DNA from: Eledone cirrhosa
Lineage: Eukaryota
Assembly (NCBI GenBank): GCA_964016885.1
Contig: OZ024741.1
Location: 258,478,001-258,542,000 of the forward strand
DNA length: 64,000 nt
Direction of reading: 5' to 3'
This document shows positions 14,101 through 27,399 of this stretch, piece by piece; positions within the stretch are counted from its first letter, which is position 1, and each line of letters starts with the position of its first letter. Below the pieces are notes generated by a model that was not told the DNA's origin, did no database searches, and saw only the letters and a program-made list of their open reading frames with translations. The translations under genes and the position numbers were made by a program.

Positions 14101-17100
14101 GACTTACGAGCGTTTCGACTTACGGGTGTTTCGACTTACGAGTGTTTCGACTTACGAGTGTTACGACTTACGGGTGTTTCGGCTTACGAGTGTTTCGACT
14201 TACGAGTGTTCTGACTTACGAGTGTTCTGACTTACGAGTGTTCCGGCTTACGAGTTTTTCGACTTACGAGTGTTTCGACTTACGAGTGTTTCGGCTTACA
14301 AGTGTTTCGGCTTACGAGTGGTTTGACTTACGAGTGTTCTGAATACGAGTGTTCTGTCTTACGAGTGTTTCGACTTACGAGTGTTTCGGCTTATGAGTGT
14401 TTCGACTTACGAGTGTTTCGGCTTACGAGTCTTTCGACTTACGAGTGTTTCGACTTACGGGTGTTTCGACTTACGAGTGTTTCGACTACGAATGTTTCGA
14501 CTTACGAGTGCTTCGGCTTACGAGTGTTTCGACTTATGGGTGTTTCGACTTACGAGTGTTTTTACTTACGGTGTTTCGGCTTACGAGTGTTTCGACATAC
14601 GAGTGTTTTGACTTACGGGTGTTTCGACTTACGAGTGTTTCGACTTACGAATGTTTTGACTTACGGGTGTTTCGGCTTACGAGTGTTTCGATTTATGAGT
14701 GTTTCGGCTTACGAGTGTTTCGACTTACTAATGTTTTTACTTACGAGTGTTTCGGCGTACGAGAGTTTTGACTTACGAGTGTTTCTACTTACGAGTGTTT
14801 CGACTTACGAGTGTTTTGACTTACGAATGTTTTGACTTACGGGTGTTTCGGATAACGAGTATTTCGACTTACGAGTCTTTCGGCTTACGAGTGTTTCGAC
14901 TTACTAATGTTTTTACTTACGAGTGTTTCGGCGTACGAGTGTTTCGACTTACGAGTGTTTCGACTTACGGGTGTTTTGACTTACGGGTGTTTCGGCTTAC
15001 GAGTGTTTCGACTTACGAGTGTTTTGACTTAAGGGTGTTTCGACTTACGAGTATTTTTGGCTTACGAGTGTTTCGACTTACGAGTGTTTTGACTTACGAG
15101 TGTTCTAATTTACGGATGTTTCGACATACGAGTGTTTTGACTTACGAGTGTTTCGACTTATGAGTGTTTCGACTTACGAGTGTTTCGGCTTACGAGTGGT
15201 TTGACTTATGAGTGTTTCGACTTACGAGTGTTTCGGTTTACGAGTGTTTCGACTTACGAGTGTTTCGACTTACGGGTGTTTCGACTTACGAGTGTTTCGA
15301 CTACGAGTTTTCGACTTACGAGTGTTTCGGCTTACGAGTGTTTCGACATACGGGTGTTTCGACTTACGATGTTTCGGCTTACGAGTGTTTCGACTTACGA
15401 GTGTTCTGACTTACGGGTGTTTCGACTTACGGGTGTTTCGACTTAAGAGTGTTTCGACTTACGAGCGCTTCGACTTACGAGTGTTCTGACTTACGAGTGT
15501 TCCGACTTACGAGTGTTTCGGCTTACGAGTGTTTCGACTTACGAGTGTTCCGGCTTACGCGTGTTTCGACTTACGAGTGTTTCGGCTTATGAGTGTTTCG
15601 ACTTACGAGTGTTTCGGCTTACGAGTGTTTCGACTTACGAGTGTTTCGGCTTACGAGAGTTTCGACTTACGAATGTTTTGGCTTACGAGTGTTTCGGCTT
15701 ACGAGTGTTTCGACTTACGGGTGTTTCGACTTACGGGTGTTCCGACTTAAGAGTGATTCGACTTACGAGCGCTTCGACTTACGAGTGTTCCGACTTACGA
15801 GTGTTTCTGCTTACGAGTGTTTCGACTTACGAATGTTTCGACTTACGAGTGTTTCGGCTTACGAGTGTTTCGACTTACTAATGTTTTTACTTACGAGTGT
15901 TTCGGCGTACGAGTGTTTCGACTTACGAGTGTATCGGCTTACGAGTGTTTCGACTTACGAGTGTTTTTACTTAAGGGTGTTTCGACTTACGAGTATTTTT
16001 GGCTTACGAGTGTTTCGACTTACGAGTGTTTTGACTTACGAGTGTTCTGATTTACGAATGTTTCGACATACGAGTGTTTTGACTTACGATGTTTCGACTT
16101 ACGAGTGTTTCGACTTACGAGTGTTTCGACTTACGGGTGTTTCGACTTACGAGTGTTTCGACTTACGAATGTTTCGACTTACGGGTGTTTCGGCTTACGA
16201 GTGTTTCGACTTACGAGTGTTCTGACTTACGAGTGTTCTGACTTACGAGTGTTCCGGCTTACGAGTTTTTCGACTTACGAGTGTTTCGACTTACGAGTGT
16301 TTCGACTTACGAGTGTTTCGGCTTACGAGTGGTTTGACTTACGAGTGTTCTGACTACGAGTGTTCTGACTTACGAGTGTTTCGGCTTATGAGTGTTTCGA
16401 CTTACGAGTGTTTCGGTTTATGAGTGTTTCGACTTACGAGTGTTTCGGCTTACGAGTGTTTCGACTTACGGTGTTTCGGTTTACGAGTGTTTCGACTTAC
16501 GAGTGTTTCGACTACGAATGTTTCGACTTACGAGTGATTTGACTTACGAGTGTTCTGACTACGAGTGTTCTGACTTACGGGTGTTCTGACTTACGAGTGT
16601 TCCGACTTACGAGTGTTTCGGCTAATGAGTGTTTCGACTTACGGGCGTTTCGACTTACGGGTGTTTCGATTTACGAGTGTTTTGACTTACGAGTGTTCTG
16701 ACTTACGAGTGTTCTGACTTACGAGAGTTCCGACTTACGACTGTTTCGACTTACGAGTGTTTTGACTTACGAGTGTTCCGACTTACGAGTGTTTCGGCTT
16801 ATGGGTGTTTTGACGTACGAGTATTTTTGGATAACGAGTGTTTCTACTTACGAGTGTTTTGAATTACGATTGTTTCGGCTTACGAGTGTTTCGACTTACG
16901 AGTATTTCGACTTACGAGTTTTTTTACTTACGGTGTTTCGGCTTACGAGTGTTTCGACTTATGAGTGTTCTGATTTACGGATGTTTCGACATACGAGTGT
17001 TTTGACTTACGGTGTTTCGACTTACGAGTGTTTCGACTTACGAGCGTTTCGACTTACGGGTGTTTCGACTTACGAGTGTTTCGACTTACGAGTGTTACGA

Positions 17101-20100
17101 CTTACGGGTGTTTCGGCTTACGAGTGTTTCGACTTACGAGTGTTCTGACTTACGAGTGTTCTGACTTACGAGTGTTCCGGCTTACGAGTTTTTCGACTTA
17201 CGAGTGTTTCGACTTACGAGTGTTTCGGCTTACAAGTGTTTCGGCTTACGAGTGGTTTGACTTACGAGTGTTCTGAATACGAGTGTTCTGTCTTACGAGT
17301 GTTTCGACTTACGAGTGTTTCGGCTTATGAGTGTTTCGACTTACGAGTGTTTCGGCTTACGAGTCTTTCGACTTACGAGTGTTTCGACTTACGGGTGTTT
17401 CGACTTACGAGTGTTTCGACTACGAATGTTTCGACTTACGAGTGCTTCGGCTTACGAGTGTTTCGACTTATGGGTGTTTCGACTTACGAGTGTTTTTACT
17501 TACGGTGTTTCGGCTTACGAGTGTTTCGACATACGAGTGTTTTGACTTACGGGTGTTTCGACTTACGAGTGTTTCGACTTACGAATGTTTTGACTTACGG
17601 GTGTTTCGGCTTACGAGTGTTTCGATTTATGAGTGTTTCGGCTTACGAGTGTTTCGACTTACTAATGTTTTTACTTACGAGTGTTTCGGCGTACGAGAGT
17701 TTTGACTTACGAGTGTTTCTACTTACGAGTGTTTCGACTTACGAGTGTTTTGACTTACGAATGTTTTGACTTACGGGTGTTTCGGCTTACGAGTGTTTCG
17801 ACTTACGAGTCTTTCGGCTTACGAGTGTTTCGACTTACTAATGTTTTTACTTACGAGTGTTTCGGCGTACGAGTGTTTCGACTTACGAGTGTTTCGACTT
17901 ACGGGTGTTTTGACTTACGGGTGTTTCGGCTTACGTGTGTTTCGACTTACGAGTGTTTTGACTTAAGGGTGTTTCGACTTACGAGAATTTTTGGCTTACG
18001 AGTGTTTCGACTTACGAGTGTTTTGACTTACGAGTGTTCTAATTTACGGATGTTTCGACATACGAGTGTTTTGACTTACGAGTGTTTCGACTTATGAGTG
18101 TTTCGACTTACGAGTGTTTCGGCTTACGAGTGGTTTGACTTATGAGTGTTTCGACTTACGAGTGTTTCGGTTTACGAGTGTTTCGACTTACGAGTGTTTC
18201 GACTTACGGGTGTTTCGACTTACGAGTGTTTCGACTACGAGTTTTCGACTTACGAGTGTTTCGGCTTACGAGTGTTTCGACATACGGGTGTTTCGACTTA
18301 CGATGTTTCGGCTTACGAGTGTTTCGACTTACGAGTGTTCTGACTTACGGGTGTTTCGACTTACGGGTGTTTCGACTTAAGAGTGTTTCGACTTACGAGC
18401 GCTTCGACTTACGAGTGTTCTGACTACGAGTGTTCCGACTTACGAGTGTTTCGGCTTACGAGTGTTTCGACTTACGAGTGTTCCGGCTTACGCGTGTTTC
18501 GACTTACGAGTGTTTCGGCTTATGAGTGTTTCGACTTACGAGTGTTTCGGCTTACGAGTGTTTCGACTTACGAGTGTTTCGGCTTACGAGAGTTTCGACT
18601 TACGAATGTTTTGGCTTACGAGTGTTTCGGCTTACGAGTGTTTCGACTTACGGGTGTTTCGACTTACGGGTGTTCCGACTTAAGAGTGATTCGACTTACG
18701 AGCGCTTCGACTTACGAGTGTTCCGACTTACGAGTGTTTCTGCTTACGAGTGTTTCGACTTACGAATGTTTCGACTTACGAGTGTTTCGGCTTACGAGTG
18801 TTTCGACTTACTAATGTTTTTACTTACGAGTGTTTCGGCGTACGAGTGTTTCGACTTACGAGTGTATCGGCTTACGAGTGTTTCGACTTACGAGTGTTTT
18901 TACTTAAGGGTGTTTCGACTTACGAGTATTTTTGGCTTACGAGTGTTTCGACTTACGAGTGTTTTGACTTACGAGTGTTCTGATTTACGAATGTTTCGAC
19001 ATACGAGTGTTTTGACTTACGATGTTTCGACTTACGAGTGTTTCGACTTACGAGTGTTTCGACTTACGGGTGTTTCGACTTACGAGTGTTTCGACTTACG
19101 AATGTTTCGACTTACGGGTGTTTCGGCTTACGAGTGTTTCGACTTACGAGTGTTCTGACTTACGAGTGTTCTGACTTACGAGTGTTCCGGCTTACGAGTT
19201 TTTCGACTTACGAGTGTTTCGACTTACGAGTGTTTCGACTTACGAGTGTTTCGGCTTACGAGTGGTTTGACTTACGAGTGTTCTGACTACGAGTGTTCTG
19301 ACTTACGAGTGTTTCGGCTTATGAGTGTTTCGACTTACGAGTGTTTCGGTTTATGAGTGTTTCGACTTACGAGTGTTTCGGCTTACGAGTGTTTCGACTT
19401 ACGGTGTTTCGGCTTACGAGTGTTTCGACTTACGAGTGTTTCGACTACGAATGTTTCGACTTACGAGTGATTTGACTTACGAGTGTTCTGACTACGAGTG
19501 TTCTGACTTACGGGTGTTCTGACTTACGAGTGTTCCGACTTACGAGTGTTTCGGCTAATGAGTGTTTCGACTTACGGGCGTTTCGACTTACGGGTGTTTC
19601 GATTTACGAGTGTTTTGACTTACGAGTGTTCTGACTTACGAGTGTTCTGACTTACGAGAGTTCGGACTTACGACTGTTTCGACTTACGAGTGTTTTGACT
19701 TACGAGTGTTCCGACTTACGAGTGTTTCGGCTTATGGGTGTTTTGACGTACGAGTATTTTTGGATAACGAGTGTTTCTACTTACGAGTGTTTTGAATTAC
19801 GATTGTTTCGGCTTACGAGTGTTTCGACTTACGAGTATTTCGACTTACGAGTTTTTTTACTTACGGTGTTTCGGCTTACGAGTGTTTCGACTTATGAGTG
19901 TTCTGATTTACGGATGTTTCGACATACGAGTGTTTTGACTTACGGTGTTTCGACTTACGAGTGTTTCGACTTACGAGCGTTTCGACTTACGGGTGTTTCG
20001 ACTTACGAGTGTTTCGACTTACGAGTGTTACGACTTACGGGTGTTTCGGCTTACGAGTGTTTCGACTTACGAGTGTTCTGACTTACGAGTGTTCTGACTT

Positions 20101-21060
20101 ACGAGTGTTCCGGCTTACGAGTTTTTCGACTTACGAGTGTTTCGACTTACGAGTGTTTCGGCTTACAAGTGTTTCGGCTTACGAGTGGTTTGACTTACGA
20201 GTGTTCTGAATACGAGTGTTCTGTCTTACGAGTGTTTCGACTTACGAGTGTTTCGGCTTATGAGTGTTTCGACTTACGAGTGTTTCGGCTTACGAGTCTT
20301 TCGACTTACGAGTGTTTCGACTTACGGGTGTTTCGACTTACGAGTGTTTCGACTACGAATGTTTCGACTTACGAGTGCTTCGGCTTACGAGTGTTTCGAC
20401 TTATGGGTGTTTCGACTTACGAGTGTTTTTACTTACGGTGTTTCGGCTTACGAGTGTTTCGACATACGAGTGTTTTGACTTACGGGTGTTTCGACTTACG
20501 AGTGTTTCGACTTACGAATGTTTTGACTTACGGGTGTTTCGGCTTACGAGTGTTTCGATTTATGAGTGTTTCGGCTTACGAGTGTTTCGACTTACTAATG
20601 TTTTTACTTACGAGTGTTTCGGCGTACGAGAGTTTTGACTTACGAGTGTTTCTACTTACGAGTGTTTCGACTTACGAGTGTTTTGACTTACGAATGTTTT
20701 GACTTACGGGTGTTTCGGATAACGAGTATTTCGACTTACGAGTCTTTCGGCTTACGAGTGTTTCGACTTACTAATGTTTTTACTTACGAGTGTTTCGGCG
20801 TACGAGTGTTTCGACTTACGAGTGTTTCGACTTACGGGTGTTTTGACTTACGGGTGTTTCGGCTTACGAGTGTTTCGACTTACGAGTGTTTTGACTTAAG
20901 GGTGTTTCGACTTACGAGTATTTTTGGCTTACGAGTGTTTCGACTTACGAGTGTTTTGACTTACGAGTGTTCTAATTTACGGATGTTTCGACATACGAGT
21001 GTTTTGACTTACGAGTGTTTCGACTTATGAGTGTTTCGACTTACGAGTGTTTCGGCTTAC
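5140..21060. repeat. Higher-order repeat of satellite A, period 2,934 bp (~184 monomers), ~5.4 near-identical copies
   Basis: Near-identical ORFs recur at 5945, 8879, 11813, 14747, 17681, 20614 (steps of 2934, last 2933 because of a 1-bp deletion near 18425). Rare variants (TTTTTGGATAACGAG, TTAAGAGTGATTCG, GAGTGTATCGG) recur once per period. Hand count of one unit: 184x16 - 13 deleted + 3 inserted bases = 2934. Confidence 0.95.
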
Positions 21061-24000
21061 GAGTGGTTTGACTTACGAGTGTTCTGAATACGAGTGTTTT
21101 GACTTACGAGTATTTCGGCTTATGAGTGTTTCGACTTACGAGTGTTTCGGCTTATGAGTGTTTCGACTTACGTGTGTTTCGGTTTACGAGTGTTTCGACT
21201 TACGAGTGTTTCGACTTACGGGTGTTTCGACTTACGAGTGTTTCGACTACGAGTGTTTCGACTTACGAGTGTTTCGGCTGACGAGTGTTTCGACATACGG
21301 GTGTTTCGACTTACGATGTTTCGGCTTACGAGTGTTTCGACTTACGAGTATTCTGACTTACGGGTGTTTCGACTTACGGGTGTTTCGACTTAAGAGTGTT
21401 TCGACTTACGAGCGCTTCGACTTACGAGTGTTCTGACTTACGAGTGTTCCGACTTACGAGTGTTTCGGCTTACGAGTGTTTCGACTTACGAGTGTTCCGG
21501 CTTACGCGTGTTTCGACTTACGAGTGTTTCGGCTTATGAGTGTTTCGACTTACGAGTGCTTTGGCTTACGAGTGTTTCGACTTACGAGTGTTTCGGCTTA
21601 CGAGAGTTTCGACTTACGAATGTTTTGGCTTACGAGTGTTTCGGCTTACGAGTGTTTCGACTTACGGGTGTTTCGACTTACGGGTGTTCCGACTTAAGAG
21701 TGATTCGACTTACGAGCGCTTCGACTTACGAGTGTTCCGACTTACGAGTGTTTCTGCTTACGAGTGTTTCGACTTACGAATGTTTCGACTTACGAGTGTT
21801 TCGGCTTACGAGTGTTTCGACTTACCAATGTTTTTACTTACGAGTGTTTCGGCGTACGAGTGTTTCGACTTACGAGTGTTTCGGCTTACGAGTGTTTCGA
21901 CTTACGAGTGTTTTTACTTAAGGGTGTTTCGACTTACGAGTATTTTTGGCTTACGAGTGTTTCGACTTACGAGTGTTTTGACTTACGAGTGTTCTGATTT
22001 ACGAATGTTTCGACATACGAGTGTTTTGACTTACGATGTTTCGACTTACGAGTGTTTCGACTTACGAGTGTTTCGACTTACGGGTGTTTCGACTTACGAG
22101 TGTTTCGACTTACGAATGTTTCGACTTACGGGTGTTCCGGCTTACGAGTGTTTCGACTTACGAGGGTTCTGACTTACGAGGGTTCTGACTTACGAGTGTT
22201 CTGACTTACGAGTGTTCCGGCTTACGAGTTTTTCGACTTACGAGTGTTTCGACTTACGAGTGTTTCGACTTACGAGTGTTTCGGCTTACGAGTGGTTTGA
22301 CTTACGAGTGTTCTGACTACGAGTGTTCTGACTTACGAGTGTTTCGGCTTATGAGTGTTTCGACTTACGAGTGTTTCGGTTTATGAGTGTTTCGACTTAC
22401 GAGTGTTTCGGCTTACGAGTGTTTCGACTTACGAATGTTTCGACTTACGGGTGTTTCGACTTACGAGTGTTTCGTCTACGAGTGTTTCGACTTACGAGTG
22501 TTTCGGCTTACGAGTGTTTCGACATACGGGTGTTTCGACTTACGGTGTTTCGGCTTACGAGTGTTTCGACTTACGAGTGTTTTGACTTACGAGTGTTCTG
22601 ACTTACGAGTGTTCCGACTTACGAGTGTTCCGACTTACGAGTGTTTCGGCTTACGAGTGTTTCGGCTTACGAGTGTTTCGGCTTACGAGTGTTTTGACTT
22701 ACGAGTGTACTGACTACGAGTGTTCTGACTTACGGGTGTTCTGACTTACGGTGTTCCGACTTACGAGTGTTTCGGCTAATGAGTGTTTCGACTTACGGGC
22801 GTTTCGACTTACGGGTGTTTCGAATTACGAGTGTTTTGACTTACGAGTGTTCTGACTTACGAGTGTTTTGACTTACGAGTGTTCCGACTTACGAGTGTTT
22901 CGGCTTACGGGTGTTTCGACGTACGAGTATTTTTGGCTTACGAGTGTTTCGAGTTACGAGTGTTTTGAATTACGATTATTTCGGCTTACGAGTGTTTCGA
23001 CTTACGAGTATTTCGACTTACGAGTTTTTTTACTTACGGTGTTTCGGCTTACGAGTGTTTCGACTTACGAGTGTTTCGACTTACGGGTGTTTTGACATAC
23101 GAGTGTTTCGATATGAGTGCTCTGACTTACGAGTGTTCTGACTTACGAGTGTTCTGACTTACGAGTGTTCTGACTTACGGGTGTTCTGACTTACGTGTGT
23201 TCCGACTTACGAGTGTTTCGGCTATGGGTGTTTCGACTTACGAGTGTTTCGACTTACGAATGTTTCGACTTACGGGTGTTTCGGCTTACGAGTGTTTCGA
23301 CTTACGAGTGTTCTGACTTACGAGTGTTCTGACTTACGAGTGTTCCGGCTTACGAGTTTTTCGACTTACGAGTGTTTCGACTTACGAGTGTTTCGACTTA
23401 CGAGTGTTTCGGCTTACGAGTGGTTTGACTTACGAGTGTTCTGACTACGAGTGTTCTGACTTACGAGTGTTTCGGCTTATGAGTGTTTCGACTTACGAGT
23501 GTTTCGGTTTATGAGTGTTTCGACTTACGAGTGTTTCGGCTTACGAGTGTTTCGACTTACGAATGTTTCGACTTACGGGTGTTTCGAATTACGAGTGTTT
23601 CGTCTACGAGTGTTTCGACTTACGAGTGTTTGGGCTTACGAGTGTTTCGACATACGGGTGTTTCGACTTACGGTGTTTCGGCTTACGAGTGTTTCGACTT
23701 ACGAGTGTTTCGACTACGAATGTTTCGACTTACGAGTGTTTTGACTTACGAGTGTTCTGACTTACGAGTGTTCTGACTTACGAGAGTTCCGACTTACGAC
23801 TGTTTCGACTTACGAGTGTTTTGACTTACGAGTGTTCCGACTTACGAGTGTTTCGGCTTATGGGTGTTTTGACGTACGAGTATTTTTGGATAACGAGTGT
23901 TTCTACTTACGAGTGTTTTGAATTACGATTGTTTCGGCTTACGAGTGTTTCGACTTACGAGTATTTCGACTTACGAGTTTTTTTACTTACGGTGTTTCGG

Positions 24001-27000
24001 CTTACGAGTGTTTCGACTTATGAGTGTTCTGATTTACGGATGTTTCGACATACGAGTGTTTTGACTTACGGTGTTTCGACTTACGAGTGTTTCGACTTAC
24101 GGGTGTTTCGACTTACGAGTGTTTCGACTTACGAGTGTTACGACTTACGGGTGTTTCGGCTTACGAGTGTTTCGACTTCGAGTGTTCTGACTTACGAGTG
24201 TTCTGACTTACGAGTGTTCCGGCTTACGAGTTTTTCGACTTACGAGTGTTTCGACTTACGAGTGTTTCGGCTTACAAGTGTTTCGGCTTACGAGTGGTTT
24301 GACTTACGAGTGTTCTGACTACGAGTGTTCTGTCTTACGAGTGTTTCGACTTACGAGTGTTTCGGCTTATGAGTGTTTCGACTTACGAGTGTTTCGGCTT
24401 ACGAGTCTTTCGACTTACGAGTGTTTCGACTTACGGGTGTTTCGACTTACGAGTGTTTCGACTACGAATGTTTCGACTTACGAGTGTTTCGGCTTACGAG
24501 TGTTTCGACTTATGGGTGTTTCGACTTACGAGTGTTTTTACTTACGGTGTTTCGGCTTACGAGTGTTTCGACATACGAGTGTTTTGACTTACGGGTGTTT
24601 CGACTTACGAGTGTTTCGTCTTACGAATGTTTTGACTTACGGGTGTTTCGGCTTACGAGTGTTTCGATTTATGAGTGTTTCGGCTTACGAGTGTTTCGAC
24701 TTACTAATGTTTTTACTTACGAGTGTTTCGGCGTACGAGAGTTTTGACTTACGAGTGTTTCTACTTACGAGTGTTTCGACTTACGAGTGTTTTGACTTAC
24801 GAATGTTTTGACTTACGGGTGTTTCGGCTTACGAGTGTTTCGACTTACGAGTCTTTCGGCTTACGAGTGTTTCGACTTACTAATGTTTTTACTTACGAGT
24901 GTTTCGGCGTACGAGTGTTTCGACTTACGAGTGTTTCGACTTACGGGTGTTTTGACTTACGGGTGTTTCGGCTTACGAGTGTTTCGACTTACGAGTGTTT
25001 TGACTTAAGGGTGTTTCGACTTACGAGTATTTTTGGCTTACGAGTGTTTCGACTTACGAGTGTTTTGACTTACGAGTGTTCTAATTTACGGATGTTTCGA
25101 CATACGAGTGTTTTGACTTACGAGTGTTTCGACTTATGAGTGTTTCGACTTACGAGTGTTTCGGCTTACGAGTGGTTTGACTTACGAGTGTTCTGACTAC
25201 GAGTGTTTTGACTTACGAGTATTTCGGCTTATGATTGTTTCGACTTACGAGTGTTTCGGCTTATGAGTGTTTCGACTTACGTGTGTTTCGGTTTACGAGT
25301 GTTTCGACTTACGAGTGTTTCGACTTACGGGTGTTTCGACTTACGAGTGTTTCGACTATGAGTGTTTCGACTTACGAGTGTTTCGGCTTACGAGTGTTTC
25401 CACATACGGGTGTTTCGACTTACGATGTTTCGGCTTACGAGTGTTTCGACTTACGAGTATTCTGACTTACGGGTGTTTCGACTTACGGGTGTTTCGACTT
25501 AAGAGTGTTTCGACTTACGAGCGCTTCGACTTACGAGTGTTCTGACTTACGAGTGTTCCGACTTACGAGTGTTTCGGATTACTAGTGTTTCGACTTACGA
25601 GTGTTCCGGCTTACGCGTGTTTCGACTTACGAGTGTTTCGGCTTATGAGTGTTTCGACTTACGAGTGCTTCGGCTTACGAGTGTTTCGACTTACGAGTGT
25701 TTCGGCTTACGAGAGTTTCGACTTACGAATGTTTTGGCTTACGAGTGTTTCGGCTTACGAGTGTTTCGACTTACGGGTGTTTCGACTTACGGGTGTTCCG
25801 ACTTAAGAGTGATTCGACTTACGAGCGCTTCGACTTACGAGTGTTCCGACTTACGAGTGTTTCTGCTTACGAGTGTTTCGACTTACGAATGTTTCGACTT
25901 ACGAGTGTTTCGGCTTAAGAGTGTTTCGACTTACTAATGTTTTTACTTACGAGTGTTTCGGCGTACGAGTGTTTCGACTTACGAGTGTTTCGGCTTACGA
26001 GTGTTTCGACTTACGAGTGTTTTTACGTAAGGGTGTTTCGACTTACGAGTATTTTTGGCTTACGAGTGTTTCGACTTACGAGTGTTTTGACTTACGAGTG
26101 TTCTGATTTACGAATGTTTCGACATACGAGTGTTTTGACTTACGATGTTTCGACTTACGAGTGTTTCGACTTACGAGTGTTTCGACTTACGGGTGTTTCG
26201 ACTTACGAGTGTTTCGACTTACGAATGTTTCGACTTACGGGTGTTCCGGCTTACGAGTGTTTCGACTTACGAGTGTTCTGACTTACGAGTGTTCTGACTT
26301 ACGAGTGTTCCGGCTTACGAGTTTTTCGACTTACGAGTGTTTCGACTTACGAGTGTTTCTACTTACGAGTGTTTCGGCTTACGAGTGGGTTGACTTACGA
26401 GTGTTCTGACTACGAGTGTTCTGACTTACGAGTGTTTCGGCTTATGAGTGTTTCGACTTACGAGTGTTTCGGTTTATGAGTGTTTCGACTTACGAGTGTT
26501 TCGGCTTACGAGTGTTTCGACTTACAAATGTTTCGACTTACGGGTGTTTCGACTTACGAGTGTTTCGTCTACGAGTGTTTCGACTTACGAGTGTTTGGGC
26601 TTACGAGTGTTTCGACATACGGGTGTTTCGACTTACGGTGTTTCGGCTTACGAGTGTTTCGACTTACGAGTGTTTTGACTTACGAGTGTTCTGACTTACG
26701 AGTGTTCCGACTTACGAGTGTTCCGACTTACGAGTGTTTCGGCTTACGAGTGTTTCAGCTTACGAGTGTTTCGGCTTACGAGTGTTTTGACTTACGAGTG
26801 TTCTGACTACGAGTGTTCTGACTTACGGGTGTTCTGACTTACGGTGTTCCGACTTACGAGTGTTTCGGCTAATGAGTGTTTCGACTTACGGGCGTTTCGA
26901 CTTACGGGTGTTTCGAATTACGAGTGTTTTGACTTACGAGTGTTCTGACTTACGAGTGTTTTGACTTACGAGTGTTCCGACTTACGAGTGTTTCGGCTTA

Positions 27001-27290
27001 CGGGTGTTTCGAGGTACGAGTATTTTTGGCTTACGAGTGTTTCGAGTTATGAGTGTTTTGAATTACGATTGTTTCGGCTTACGAGTGTTTCGACTTACGA
27101 GTGTTTCGACTTACGGGTGTATTGACATACGAGTGTTTCGATATGAGTGCTCTGACTTACGAGTGTTCTGACTTACGAGTGTTCTGACTTACGAGTGTTC
27201 TGACTTACGGGTGTTCTGACTTACGTGTGTTCCGACTTACGAGTGTTTCGGCTATGGGTGTTTCGACTTACGAGTGTTTCGACTTACGAA
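19640..27290. repeat. ~4.1-kb-offset duplication in the right part of satellite A (~19640-23260 copied at ~23760-27290)
   Basis: ORF pairs 20169/24278, 20614/24723 and 21460/25569 are offset by 4109, and 22355/26448 by 4093. The rare variant ATATGAGTGCTCTG occurs at 23111 and 27141. Confidence 0.85.
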
Positions 27291-27399
27291 TGTTTTGGCT
27301 TACGAGTGTTTCGGCTTACGAGTGTTTCGACTTTCGAATGTTTTGGCTTACGAGTGTTTCGGCTTATGGGTGTTTCGACTTACGAGTGTTTCGACTTAC

